Below are positions 41,929 through 52,830 of a stretch of 64,000 nucleotides of DNA, one piece after another. Position 1 is the first letter of the stretch. Every line of letters starts with the position of its first letter. Source of the DNA: an uncultured Acidimicrobiaceae bacterium (GTDB lineage: Bacteria > Actinomycetota > Acidimicrobiia > Acidimicrobiales > Bog-793); the NCBI GenBank assembly GCA_963804265.1, contig CAWDPZ010000025.1:44869-108868 (forward strand), in the 5' to 3' direction. The position numbers were made by a program, and so were the translations under genes. The notes under the pieces are model-generated. The model was not told the DNA's origin. It ran no database searches and was given only the letters and a program-made list of their open reading frames with translations.

Positions 41929-42773
41929 CCGACACGACGCCCGTAGCCTCGACGGAGTCGACCGACACGCTCTTCCGGGTCGACCACGTCACCCTCCGCT
42001 TCGGCGGTGTCACGAGCCTGAGCGACGTGTCGCTCAGCTTGCACCGGGGAGAGCTCTTGTCGGTGATCGGCCCGAACGGGGCCGGCAAGACGTCGCTGTT
42101 CAACTGCCTGACCGGTGTGTACAGGCCGCAGGAAGGCTCGATCGTGTTCACGGACAAGAACGGCCGTGCCGTGAGCGTGGTCGGCCGCAAGCCCTACCGG
42201 GTGAACCGGCTCGGAGTGGCGAGGACGTTCCAGACCTCGCGGATGTTCAACGCCTTGACGACGTTCGAGAACGTCAAGATCGGGGTCGAGTCCAAGCAGC
42301 ACAGCGGGGCGATCGGGGCCATGTTGCGCCTGCCCCGCACGCGCCGCGAGGAACACGAGAGCGACCTCAAGACGCTCGAGCTGCTGCGGTTCGTGGGCCT
42401 GACCCACAGGGCGAACGAGCTCTCGAGCTCTTTGCCGTACGGCGACCGGCGGCGGCTCGAGATCGCCAGGGCCCTCGGGACGAACCCTGAGGTGCTCCTC
42501 CTGGACGAGCCGGCCGCGGGAACCAATCCGGCCGAGAAGGTGGAGCTCGCCCAGCTCATTCGCCGGGTCATAAGCGAGCTGGGCGTGACCGTGCTGTTGA
42601 TAGAGCACGACATGAAGCTCGTCATGTCCGTGGCCGAGCGGATCATCGTGCTCAACTTCGGCCAGGTGATCGCCGAAGGCAGCCCGGCCGAGATCCAGCG
42701 GGACCCGGTTGTCATAAACGCCTATCTGGGCGCTCCCGACGCCGAGGACGAGACGACAGGCGGGGAGTCCTGA
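41925..42773 (+). CDS. livG: ABC ATP-binding protein
   Basis: GPNGAGKT, ARTFQ, LPYGDRRRLEIARAL, LDEPAAG, IEHDM. Confidence 0.92.
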   Translation: MTDTTPVASTESTDTLFRVDHVTLRFGGVTSLSDVSLSLHRGELLSVIGPNGAGKTSLFNCLTGVYRPQEGSIVFTDKNGRAVSVVGRKPYRVNRLGVARTFQTSRMFNALTTFENVKIGVESKQHSGAIGAMLRLPRTRREEHESDLKTLELLRFVGLTHRANELSSSLPYGDRRRLEIARALGTNPEVLLLDEPAAGTNPAEKVELAQLIRRVISELGVTVLLIEHDMKLVMSVAERIIVLNFGQVIAEGSPAEIQRDPVVINAYLGAPDAEDETTGGES

Positions 42774-43501
42774 TGGCGCTGCTCGAGGTGACGGGCACGG
42801 AGGTCCGATACGGCGCCGTGCCGGCGCTGCACGACTTCACGATCTCGGTCGACGAGGGCGAGATCGTCACCCTGCTCGGCGCCAACGGCGCCGGGAAGAC
42901 GACGACGCTGCGGATGATCTCGGGCCTTCACCACACCTCGCTCGGCACGGTCTATTTCGACGGCATCGACATCTCCCGCCTGCCGGCGCACAAGATCGTC
43001 GAGCTGGGCATCAGCCACGTCCCCGAGGGTCGTCGGATCTTCCCGCAGATGACGGTGCTCGAGAACCTCGAGATCGGCTCGTACCACAAGCCCCACGGCC
43101 AGCACGCGAGGATCGATCAGGTGTACGAGCTCTTCCCGATCCTGCAAGAGCGCGCCAAGCAGCAGGGCGGCAACCTTTCCGGTGGCGAGCAGCAGATGCT
43201 CGCCATCGGCCGCGCCCTCATGGCAGAGCCCAGGCTCCTTCTCCTCGACGAGCCCTCCATGGGCCTCGCCCCGCTTTTCGTGCAGACGATCTTCGAGATC
43301 CTGCGCACCATCCGCGGGCGCGGGGTGACCGTCCTGCTGGTCGAACAGAACGCCGCCAAGGCGCTGCAACTGGCCGACCGCGGCTACGTCCTCGAGACGG
43401 GAAAGATCGTGCTGGCCGACTCGGCGGACGTGCTCTTGCGCGACGACCGGGTGCGCATGGCCTATCTCGGCGAGGACATCGGCCGTGCGGCCCCGGGCTG
43501 A
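42773..43501 (+). CDS. livF: ABC ATP-binding protein
   Basis: GANGAGKTT, VPEGRRIF, LSGGEQQMLA, DEPSMGLAP, VEQN. Confidence 0.93.
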   Translation: MALLEVTGTEVRYGAVPALHDFTISVDEGEIVTLLGANGAGKTTTLRMISGLHHTSLGTVYFDGIDISRLPAHKIVELGISHVPEGRRIFPQMTVLENLEIGSYHKPHGQHARIDQVYELFPILQERAKQQGGNLSGGEQQMLAIGRALMAEPRLLLLDEPSMGLAPLFVQTIFEILRTIRGRGVTVLLVEQNAAKALQLADRGYVLETGKIVLADSADVLLRDDRVRMAYLGEDIGRAAPG

Positions 43502-43510
43502 GGCGGCGGC

Positions 43511-44437
43511 GTGCTGATCATCGGCACCAAGGTGCACCTCGAGGATCTCGACCGCTCGTACACCTATGCCCGGGACGTATCGGTCACCGCCGTGGCCGTG
43601 GGGTCGTGGTCGGGAGGCGTGGGCAGCCTGTTGCCCGGAGGCCCGCGGCCGACCTGGAGCCTGCTCGACGGCGGGCGCATCGTCAGCATCGAGCAGTTCG
43701 ACGTCACGCCGCTCGTCCGCCTGCCCGCCTCCGACGCCCAGAGCCTGGCCGTCGCCGCCGGGGGCACATTTGTCGTGGGGCTGGAGGGGGCTCACCTGCT
43801 CACCGTCTCGCCCGATGGGGTCGTGACCCCGGTTGAGGCCTTCGACGCCCTCGAGGGGAGGGCGGCGTGGACGAACCCGGCGGGGCCTTCGCCCGACCTG
43901 CGCTCGATCGCCATCTCGGAGAGCGACGTCTGGTACGTGAACGTTCACGTCGGGGGCGTGTGGCGCTCCGACGACCAGGGGCGGACGTGGCGAAACGTCG
44001 TCCCGCCCGAGTCGGACGTCCACGAGATCGTCGCAGGCACCGGCGGCAGCCTTGCCGTGGCGGCGGCGATCGGCTTCGGTTGGAGCACCGACGGCGGCGA
44101 CACGTGGACCTGGAGCACGGGCGGGCTGCACGAGACCTACGCGAGAGCTGTCGCCCTTGACGGAGACACCGCCTTTGTCACTGCGTCCACCGGGCCGACC
44201 ACGACGGACGGGCGGCTCTACCGGTGCCGCCTCGGTGAGCAATTCGAGCCGTGCTCGGGCGGGTTGCCGGAGAGCTTCCCCTTCAACCTCGACTCCGGGT
44301 CGATCGCGGCCTCCGGCGGCCAGGTCGCTCTCGGGACCCGCAGCGGACGCGTCTTCCGCTCGAGCGACAGCGGCACGACCTGGGAGCTGGCGGCCGACGG
44401 CTTGCGACCAGTCACCGTGGTGCGCTTCAGCTCATAG
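43511..44437 (+). CDS. BNR/Asp-box beta-propeller protein
   Basis: Asp boxes WRSDDQGRTW, WSTDGGDTW and FRSSDSGTTW. Confidence 0.75.
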   Translation: MLIIGTKVHLEDLDRSYTYARDVSVTAVAVGSWSGGVGSLLPGGPRPTWSLLDGGRIVSIEQFDVTPLVRLPASDAQSLAVAAGGTFVVGLEGAHLLTVSPDGVVTPVEAFDALEGRAAWTNPAGPSPDLRSIAISESDVWYVNVHVGGVWRSDDQGRTWRNVVPPESDVHEIVAGTGGSLAVAAAIGFGWSTDGGDTWTWSTGGLHETYARAVALDGDTAFVTASTGPTTTDGRLYRCRLGEQFEPCSGGLPESFPFNLDSGSIAASGGQVALGTRSGRVFRSSDSGTTWELAADGLRPVTVVRFSS

Positions 44438-44525
44438 GCCTCATGGAAGCTCCACCGTGGCTCGCGACCCGCTTTGCACGACCTCGAAGCCTGCAGCGGC
44501 CTTGAGGCCCGAGCCCGGCCGAGAA

Positions 44526-44553
44526 GTGTTAGTCCTGATGACTAATTGGGTAT
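44526..44553 (+). promoter_or_regulatory. Candidate SigB/SigF-type promoter
   Basis: GTGTT-N17-GGGTAT upstream of the anti-sigma/sigma pair. Confidence 0.5.
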
Positions 44554-44823
44554 GTCTAGATCGTCTCGATCGTCTCGTACCGGGGAGGACGGAGCCAATA
44601 TGAGGTGGGATTCCCCAGAGCCCGGCGGCGCGACAGGCAAGGAGAAGCGACGTGGAGGACTTGTCCGATCCCAAGGGATCGAGGTCGAACGGCGGGATGC
44701 CTGCTCGTGGTGACCGAAGGCGGGACCGACCTGGCGGTCGCGCTCATACCTGAGGCACGGTCGACGATCTGCCGCCGGGTGGGGGAAAGGCCCGGAGGGC
44801 CGCGCCGCAAGGGTCTCGCAACG

Positions 44824-45270
44824 ATGATCGAGCCGGTGACGAAACCTGGACGAAAGCAAGATCGGCGAGACGATCACGATCTCGTTCCCGGCACAACCCG
44901 ATTTGATCGTGTTGGCCCGCTTTGCCGCCGCCACCATGGCGGCACGCGCCGGCTTCGACGTCGAGGAGATAGAGGACCTTCGCCTCGCCGTGGACGAGCT
45001 CTACGTTTCGCTGGGCCCGATAAGCGAGCAGGGCTGCATTCGGATGGAGCTCGACTGCAGCGACGAGACGGTGAGCATAATCGGGTCGTTCGAGCCCGTC
45101 TCACCACGTGGCCGCATCGACGAGGCGAGCACCTCGGCGACGCGAGCTGGAAGCGGGCTGCAGAGTTGTCACAACTGCTGCTCGATTCCCTTGTCGACGA
45201 ACACGGAGGCGGCATTGAGAACGGGACGCCGGTGGCGTGGTTGCGGAAGCGGCGGACAGCGACCCAGTGA
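44824..45270 (+). CDS. RsbW-like anti-sigma factor; two compensating frameshifts
   Basis: ISFPAQP..LARFAAATMAARAGFDVEEIEDLRLAVDE; LSQLLLDSLVDEH. Confidence 0.75.
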   Translation: MIEPVTKPGRKQDRRDDHDLVPGTTRFDRVGPLCRRHHGGTRRLRRRGDRGPSPRRGRALRFAGPDKRAGLHSDGARLQRRDGEHNRVVRARLTTWPHRRGEHLGDASWKRAAELSQLLLDSLVDEHGGGIENGTPVAWLRKRRTATQ

Positions 45271-46101
45271 CGGAGCGCCCGGCCAACGCCGCGCGAGGAA
45301 GCCAAGAAGATCGCTTTGCCGAATTCTCGCGCACCCGAGATCCGATCCTCAGAGACGAGCTCATCGAAGCCAATCTCGGCCTCGCCCACCAGCTGGCCCG
45401 GCGCTTCGCCAATAGAGGCGAGCCTCATGAGGACCTGGTCCAGGTCGCGTCGCTGGCCCTCGTCAAGGCGGTCGACAGGTTCGATCCCGAACGAGGGGTC
45501 ACCTTCAGCAGCTTTGCCGTCAGTTCGATCGTCGGCGAGCTCAAGCGGCACTTCCGTGACCGGGGCTGGGCCGTTCGGGCTCCACGGCGCATACAAGAGC
45601 TGTACCTGGAGCTTGGTCATCACACCGACCGTCTGTCCCAGGAATTTGGGTCGGGTTCCGACGGTCGGCGAGCTCGCGGCGGCTTGCGGCGGCACGGAGA
45701 ACGCTGTGCTGGAGGCACTCGAGGCAGGGCGCGGCTACAGGACAGCTTCGCTGGACGCTCCCGACAGGGACGAGCAGACGCTCGCGGAGTCGCTGGGGTC
45801 CGACGACCCGCAGTTCGCGAACCTGGAGGATCGCTCGGTGCTGGCCCTGGCACTCGAACAGCTGTCACCGAGAGATCAGCGGATTCTCAGACTGCGCTTT
45901 GTGGAAGGACTGACCCAGTCGGAGATAGCCGCCCGGCTCGGGGTGAGCCAGATGCAGATCAGCCGGTTGTTGGCGGCAAGCCTGCAAACGCTCCGCGGCA
46001 CGTTCGAGTCAGGTCTCAGTACAGTCCTGATCCGGCGTGGGTCACCTGTCGTCGACGTCTGGCCCGAACCTCGAAGCTTTTCCCGGGGTCACCACCGATA
46101 G
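45267..46101 (+). CDS. SigB/SigF/SigG family sigma factor; frameshift near 45645
   Basis: ARRFANRGEPHEDLVQVA..AVDRFDPERG, GELKRHFRD, LTQSEIAARLGVSQMQISRLL. The true stop may be earlier. Confidence 0.9.
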
Positions 46102-46253
46102 AAGCGGTGGTGACCTGCGGTCTCGCCTCGACCGAGGGCAAAGCCGACCAGCCAGACGACGAAGAATATGACGGCCGCGATCCAAAGCAGATGGATGGCG
46201 AAGCCGAGACCGAACATCAGCAGTACGACTAGAAGTGCCAGCAACAAGACCAT
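46089..46253 (-). CDS. Small two-TM hydrophobic protein
   Basis: MVLLLALLVVLLMFGLGFAIHLLWIAAVIFFVVWLVGFALGRGE..RFYRW; RBS GGAAGG. Confidence 0.75.
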   Translation of the reverse strand: MVLLLALLVVLLMFGLGFAIHLLWIAAVIFFVVWLVGFALGRGETAGHHRFYRW

Positions 46254-46302
46254 TTCTCTTCCTTCCGGACTCCCCACGGGGCAGGGCCCCACAGGAGGAT
46301 TC

Positions 46303-46327
46303 TTCCCCTTTGGTGGAGCTTCAAACC
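46303..46327 (-). promoter_or_regulatory. Candidate SigB/SigF-type promoter
   Basis: GGTTT-N14-GGGGAA on the minus strand, 50 bp upstream of the small membrane gene. Confidence 0.55.
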
Positions 46328-46479
46328 CGAGCGCCATCTCGGCGTGCAGGTGTTCGCGGACCTCGAGGCGGAGACGGAACTGACCGGGCGGCCGTTTGTG
46401 CCAGTATGGCTGGAGCCTGCCCCGGGGTTGATCCGTAGCCGTATGACCGCGCTGGGGCGCGAGTACGAAAGGGGCCACG

Positions 46480-49400
46480 ATGCCGAGCTGGATCACGAGC
46501 AAGCAGGAGGGTGCGGGCGCACGCGATAAAGGGGCGGCTCCGGGCTTTCGTGCCGGGCGCCGCCGGCGTTTTGCTGCCGCAGGCGCCGCCGTGCTGGCTT
46601 GTGCTCCTTTCCTCTCGATGTTGGCCCCGACAGCCGCCGGAGCCGGCTCGAGAGCGATATCGATGGTGGCGGTCGCGGCCGCGCCACGGATCCCGCTCGG
46701 AGACAAGGCGCTCGGAGCGGTTGCGGCGAGCTCGAAAGAGACCGGGATCGTCGTGCTTCGGCCGAGCGACCAGTCGGCGCTGACAAGTTTCATTGCGGCT
46801 GTCACCGACAAGAGCTCCCCGCTCTTCCACCAGTACCTCGCTCCGGGGGCCTTCGCCCAGCGTTTCGGCCCATCCCAAATCACGATCTCGGCGGTGAGGG
46901 CCCAACTGGGCTCGCAGGGACTGCGCGTGACCAAGGTGTCGCGGCGACGGCCTTCTCGTGAGCTTCGCCGGTTCCGCGGCGGCCGTGGAGGCGGCCTTCC
47001 GGACCGGGATCGAGCGCTACCGGCTCAGCGACGGGTCGATCGGACAGGCGACGACCTCGGCGGTGCGGATGCCGTCGTCGGTCGCCTCCTCGGTCGAGGC
47101 CGTGGTGGGCCTCGACAACCTGTTCCACTCCCAGGCCGCTGACATCCGACCAGGGCCGGCATCGGTGCAGCACCAATACCGGGCGGCCAAGGCGTCCAGC
47201 TTCTCGCACCCTGCAGGCTCGCCGAGCCCCTGCACCGCGGCCGTGAACGACGCCGAGATATCCGGCGGCCTGACAGACGACCAGATCGCGAATGCTTACG
47301 GTGCTTTCGGCTTGTACCGGATGGGCGACTTCGGCCGCGGGCAGCACATCGCCGTCTACGAGCTGCAGCCGTTCTTACCGAGTGACATCGAGACCTTCGA
47401 CTCCTGTTTTTTCGGTGCGGCCCAAGCGGCTCGGATGTCCGGAACAGGCGGGAAGCTGGCCGGGAGCCTGCTCTCGATCGTTCCGGTCGACGGCGGCGAG
47501 CCCCAGCCTGGGATCGGCAGCCAGAACGACGAGGCCACCTTGGACATCCAGGACGTCTCCGCCATCGCCCCCCAGGCCACTATTGACGTCTACGAGGCTC
47601 CCAACACCAACTCCGGTGGTCTCGACGAGTACGCACAGATAGTCGACAACGACACCGACCAGATCGTGACCTCGAGCTGGGCCGCCTGCGAGCAGCTGCA
47701 GCAGCTGGGCGACCCAGGGGCCCAGCAGACCGAAAGCCTCCTGTTCCAGCAGGCGGCCGCACAGGGACAGACCATCTTGTCCGCGGCAGGAGACACGGGC
47801 AACGACGAGTGCAACGGGACTCGTTCATTCCTTCCGCCCACCGATCAGAACTTGCTCTCGGTACTCGATCCGGGCAGCCAGCCCTACGTGCTGTCCGTCG
47901 GTGGCTCGACCATCGACAACGCCGCCCAGCCTGCCTTGGAGCACGTCTGGGACGACGGCGCGCAGTGGGGTGCCGGCGGGGGAGGCATCTCGGAGTCCTG
48001 GGCGATGCCGAGCTGGCAGCGGCCAGTCGCCTTGACGGCGGGGAACGCCACCGACATCGCCAATGCTGAGGCCTACGAGACGAAGACCGCCAAGCTTTCG
48101 GCGCCTAACACCACGCCGACGTTCTGCGTGGGCACCTTGAAGCTGGCGCCGGGGTCGGTGTGCCGTGAGACGCCTGACATCTCTGCGCAGGCCGACGAAT
48201 TCACCGGCTCTGTCACCATCTACGGCAGGTCGCTCGGTTACGGGCCCGCGAACGGGTGGGCCACGATCGGGGGCACCTCGTCGGCGACGCCGATCTGGGC
48301 GGGGTTGCTCGCACTTGTCAACGCTTCCCCGGCCTGTTCCGCCGACAAGATCAACGGGATCCGTGACGTAGGTTTCGCGAGCCCGATCCTCTATGGGATC
48401 GCGGCCGACCCGACCGCCTACGCCAGGTCTTTCAACGACATCGTCGTGGGCAACAACGACGGCTACGGCCTCGACAACGGCCTCGCCTTCCCGGCGCGTG
48501 CCGGCTACGACATGGCGTCGGGCCTCGGTACCCCGCAGCTGACGACGCCGACGGGGGGCAACGCCTTGCCTTCTACATGTGCGACTACGCCGCCAAGCTC
48601 GCTCCGCCGACCGTCAGCGGGCTCAGCCCGACCTCCGGCTCCACGGCCGGCGGTTACACGGTGACGGTGACCGGGTCCGGCTTCGGTACCACGGCGACCC
48701 CTGAGGTCGCGAGCGTCCAGGTGGGGAGCACACAGGCGAGCGGAGTTGCCGTGGTCAACGACACCACGCTCACCGCGGTCTTCCCGGCTTCGACGGCGAT
48801 CACGCCGCCAGGCTCCCCCGCACCCGAAGACGGAGCAGGGCCGGCAGTTGTCGGCGTGACCTTGAAGAGCGGCGAATCGAGCTTCCCGAGAGCCGCCGCG
48901 GTCTTCGACTATGTGGACGAGAACATGTCCGCTGCAGCGATCCCGAGCGTCACGAGCGTGGGACCGAGCGGAGGACTCGAGTCCTCGCCCAAGCCGGTCA
49001 CGATCTACGGATCGGGCTTCATCAGGCGCTACCCAGGTCACCTTCGGTGGTGTGGCGGCCGCAGGCTTCGACATCAAGTCCCCCTACGAGATCGTCCTCA
49101 CGCCGCCTGCCTACTCCGCCCAGTCCTGCGCGCCGTTGCCGACGACAGGTGTCTACGCGGGCGAATGCTTCGAACGACGTCTGCCAGGTGGAAGTCGTCG
49201 TGACGAACGCCAACGGCTCGAAGCGCGAAAAGCACGATCCTGCCGCCATATGAGGGACCGATCAGCTTCGACAGCATGGGCGGGCAGATAATCCCACCCG
49301 GCTATGAGGCGACTCCGCAGCCGACGGAGTTCGACTATGCCCCCGCTCCCAGCATCACCTCGGTGTCGACCGGATCGGTGGCGGACCTCAAGCACTGCAT

Positions 49401-51333
49401 CGCGCCGGCGACCGCGGCGTGCAACGCCATCGACCTGGCGAGCGAATCCGGGGGCCTGCCGACGAACCTGATCACGCTCGAGGGGACGGGCATGAACGGC
49501 CTGAGCCTCGACACGGTCTTGCTGGGCACTCCTTTCAACGAGAACTCGGTCCTGGCACCGGTTGCCGAGACGGGGACCTCCTTGGAGATCGTCGTCCCGT
49601 TGCTGGCGAAGTCCTACAAGGCGCCGACAACGCAACCGGTATCGCTCGGCGTGGAGTTTGCCTCGGTGGGCGGAACCTCCAACAAGCGCAGCGTCGTCTA
49701 TGCCGGCGTGCCGAAGGTGGCGAGCATCGTCAACTCCCGTACCGGTGAGAACGGTGTTCCCGACGCCGTCGCCTGCACGCCGACCGCGAAGGCGGGCTGT
49801 GGCACGGCCCTTCAGGTGAGCGGTACGGGGCTGCTCCAGGCGGTCGGCCCGATCGCCTTCGTGGACAACCTGACCGGCTTCTCGCTCGGCACCCAGTACA
49901 ACTTCGCGGTCAAGAGCGACGCGAAAAGCTCACGACGCAGTCGGTCGCTCAGAACCCGGGCGTCGTCGACGTCGAGATCTGCACGGTGACGAGCTGCAGT
50001 TACAGCCCTTCCACCGACGTGCTGTTCGTGTATCCGCCGGGTACCCCGAGGATCGACAGCATGACGCCGGCGACCGGGCCGGCACACGGCGGCAACCAGG
50101 TCGTGTTGAACGGGTCCAACCTCGGATGCGTCGTGGCTGTCGCCTTCGGACAGGTCGTGACGCTCTCGACCAACAACTCCCAGGCCCTTTTGACCTGCGG
50201 CACGACGAACCAGGTGGTCGTGACGGCGCCACCGGGCAAGGCGGGCGCAAAGGTGCCGGTAAGGCTCGCGACCGTGGAGAGCTTCTTCAACCCGACGGGC
50301 AAGACGAGCAATTCCATCTCGTACACCTACAGCCCGAGTGTCCCGAGCGGCCCGACTTCGGTCACGGCCATGCAGAAGAACGGAGGCGCGTCGGTCAGTT
50401 GGGGCGCTCCGGCAAGTGACGGAGGCAGCCCGGTCACCGGATACATAGTTACCGCCTCGTCGCCCGGGCTGCCGAGCGAGCGCGGTCTTGGCGGAGCGGC
50501 AACCAGGCACATGACCTTCAACGACCTTCAAGCCGGTGCCACTTGGACCTTCAGCGTGAAGGCGACGTCGAAGCTGGGCGTCGGCCTCCGGGCGGTGTCG
50601 GGGACCGTCGTGCCCGGTCTCGGTGCCGACGGTTACCTGGTCGAGACCCAGGACGGTTCGGTGCTCGGGTACGGCGACGTCCATTCGCACGGGGGCATCG
50701 CCGGGGAGGGCTCGACCGTCGTGGGCTTCGCGACGACTCCCGACGGGCTCGGTTACTGGATCGTGACGAGCACAGGTGCGGTGACGCCGTTCGGCGACGC
50801 CGCCTACCTCGGTGAGGCGTCGAGGAACAACGTCGTCGGCATCGCCTCGATGCCGAGCGGCAAGGGCTACTGGATCGCCACCAAGAGCGGCGCCGTCCAG
50901 GCGTTCGGACAAGCCAGGACCTATGCCGGCAAGGTGCCGAAGGGCTCGGTCATCACGGCCATCGCACCGTCGCTGGACGGGAAGGGCTACTGGCTTGTCG
51001 GGAGCAACGGGAGCGTCACCGCTTTCGGTGACGCCCCCACCCACGGGTCGCTGGTCGGCAAGAAGGTTGGCGGGCCGGTCGTCGCGATCGCGGTCAACCC
51101 GACCGGGAAGGGCTACTGGCTGGCGACAGCTTCGGGCTCAGTCTTCGCCTTCGGCGGTGCGAGCCGGCACGGCTCAGTCTCGAGCAAGAAGCTGAGCGCC
51201 CCGATCGTCGGCATCGCCCCGGCCCCGGCCGGCAACGGCTACTGGCTGGTCGCGGCGAACGGTCAGGTCTACAACTTCGGCGCTGGCGAAGTACTTGGGC
51301 AGCGCCCCGAGCGCGGCGGCCATCGGCCTCTAA
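46480..51333 (+). CDS. Secreted multidomain S53 (sedolisin/kumamolisin) protease with IPT/TIG, FN3 and repeat domains; many frameshifts
   Basis: Signal peptide and prodomain ([16 protein letters not shown]); [35 protein letters not shown] domains; FN3 ([15 protein letters not shown]). About 1600 aa if repaired. Confidence 0.82.
50631..51290 (+). repeat. Six ~40-aa GYWLV..G.V..FG protein repeats
   Basis: [96 protein letters not shown]. Confidence 0.85.
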
Positions 51334-51487
51334 GCCATCGCCGGCTCGTCGCGGCAGTCTCCACCCCGTCTTCGTCGGTGGCCGGGGTGGGGTAGCGCGG
51401 CCCGAGTCGGTAACCTCAGGGGCAAGAGGCCAACTTCTGCATCGAGCAAAGTGGACTACGCAGGATTCAAACTTTGAAGGAGAGACA

Positions 51488-52070
51488 ATGCTTGGAATCG
51501 GTGACAGCTTCCCCGAGTTCTCCCTCACGGCGCTCATCCCCGGCGACCTGAGCGCAATCGAGGCCAAGGCGCCAGAGGACTACTTCACGAAGATCGACTC
51601 CTCCACCTACGAGGGCAAATGGCGGGTCGTCTTCTTCTGGCCGAAGGACTTCACCTTCATCTGCCCGACCGAGATCGCCGAGTTCGGCCGCCTGAACACG
51701 GAATTCGCGGACCGCGACGCCCAGGTTCTGGGCGGATCGGTCGACAACGAGTACGTGCACTACGCGTGGCGCAACCAGCACGAGGACCTGAAGAATCTCC
51801 CCTTCCCGATGCTCTCGGACCTCGACCGCGAATCTCGTCGCCGACCTCGGCGTCCTCAACGTCGACGGCGTCGCCGACAGGGCCACGTTCATCGTCGACC
51901 CGGACGGCATCATCCAGTTCGCCATGGTCACAGCCGGCTCGGTGGGTCGCAACGTCGAAGAGGTGCTCCGTGTCCTCGACGCCCTGCAGACCGACGAGCT
52001 GTGCGCTTGCAACTGGCACAAAGGTGCGGCGACGCTCGACGCGAAGGCGCTCATGAGCCAGAGCTCTTGA
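51488..52070 (+). CDS. ahpC: Peroxiredoxin AhpC (mycobacterial type); frameshift near 51830
   Basis: [40 protein letters not shown]. Confidence 0.93.
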
Positions 52071-52627
52071 TGGGCGTTCCTGCTCTCAAAGAGGCGCTGC
52101 CCGCTTACGCCAAAGACATCCGCCTGAACCTCGACTCGACGATCGCCGTCTCGACGTTGCCCACCCAGCGGCTCTGGGGCACCGTGCTCGCGACGGCTAT
52201 CGCCTCGCGGGGCCGGCGCGTCCTGGTCGAGCTTGCCGAAGAAGCGAGACAGCACCTCTCGGGCGAGGCTTTCGACGCCGCCAAGGCGGCTGCTGCGGTG
52301 ATGGCGATGAACAACATCTACTACCGCAGCAAGCACCTGCTCGCAGACGAGGGGGCCAAGGACTACCAAGACCTGCCTGCTCGGCTGCGGATGCAGGTCA
52401 TAGCCACCCGGGGCGGTGCGGACGCCGAGGATTTCGAGTTCTGGTGCCTGGCGGTCAGCGCGGTGAACGGTTGCGGCGGCTGCCTGGCCGCGCACGAGAG
52501 CAAGCTCCGTGAGCTCGGCGTGAGCAAGGACCAGATCCACGAGGCACTGAGGATCGCAGCCGTCGTTCACGCCGTGGCGGTAACGCTCGAGGCCGAGGAG
52601 GCCACGGCCCAGACCGCCGTCGCCTGA
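52070..52627 (+). CDS. ahpD: Alkyl hydroperoxide reductase AhpD
   Basis: [43 protein letters not shown]. Confidence 0.93.
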   Translation: MGVPALKEALPAYAKDIRLNLDSTIAVSTLPTQRLWGTVLATAIASRGRRVLVELAEEARQHLSGEAFDAAKAAAAVMAMNNIYYRSKHLLADEGAKDYQDLPARLRMQVIATRGGADAEDFEFWCLAVSAVNGCGGCLAAHESKLRELGVSKDQIHEALRIAAVVHAVAVTLEAEEATAQTAVA

Positions 52628-52830
52628 GACAGGCCGGCGCCCGGTCGCGCCGCGGTCTGACGGCCCCGGTCCGGCCGCCCCGGACGGCGGGGCCCGACGT
52701 CGTCTTTGTCCAGTTCGGCGGCAAGGAACAAACCGGCAACGCCGGCCGGAAGCCCTTAGACTGGGTCGACGGCCAGGTCCGGTCTTCCGGTCCGCGGTGT
52801 GCGGCCAGCCGTCTTGGGGGGGAATGATCC

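Noticed and set aside
51488..52627. AhpC/AhpD fusion
   Set aside because: The AhpC C-terminus (ELCACNW..SS*) is intact in another frame and ends at a TGATG overlap.
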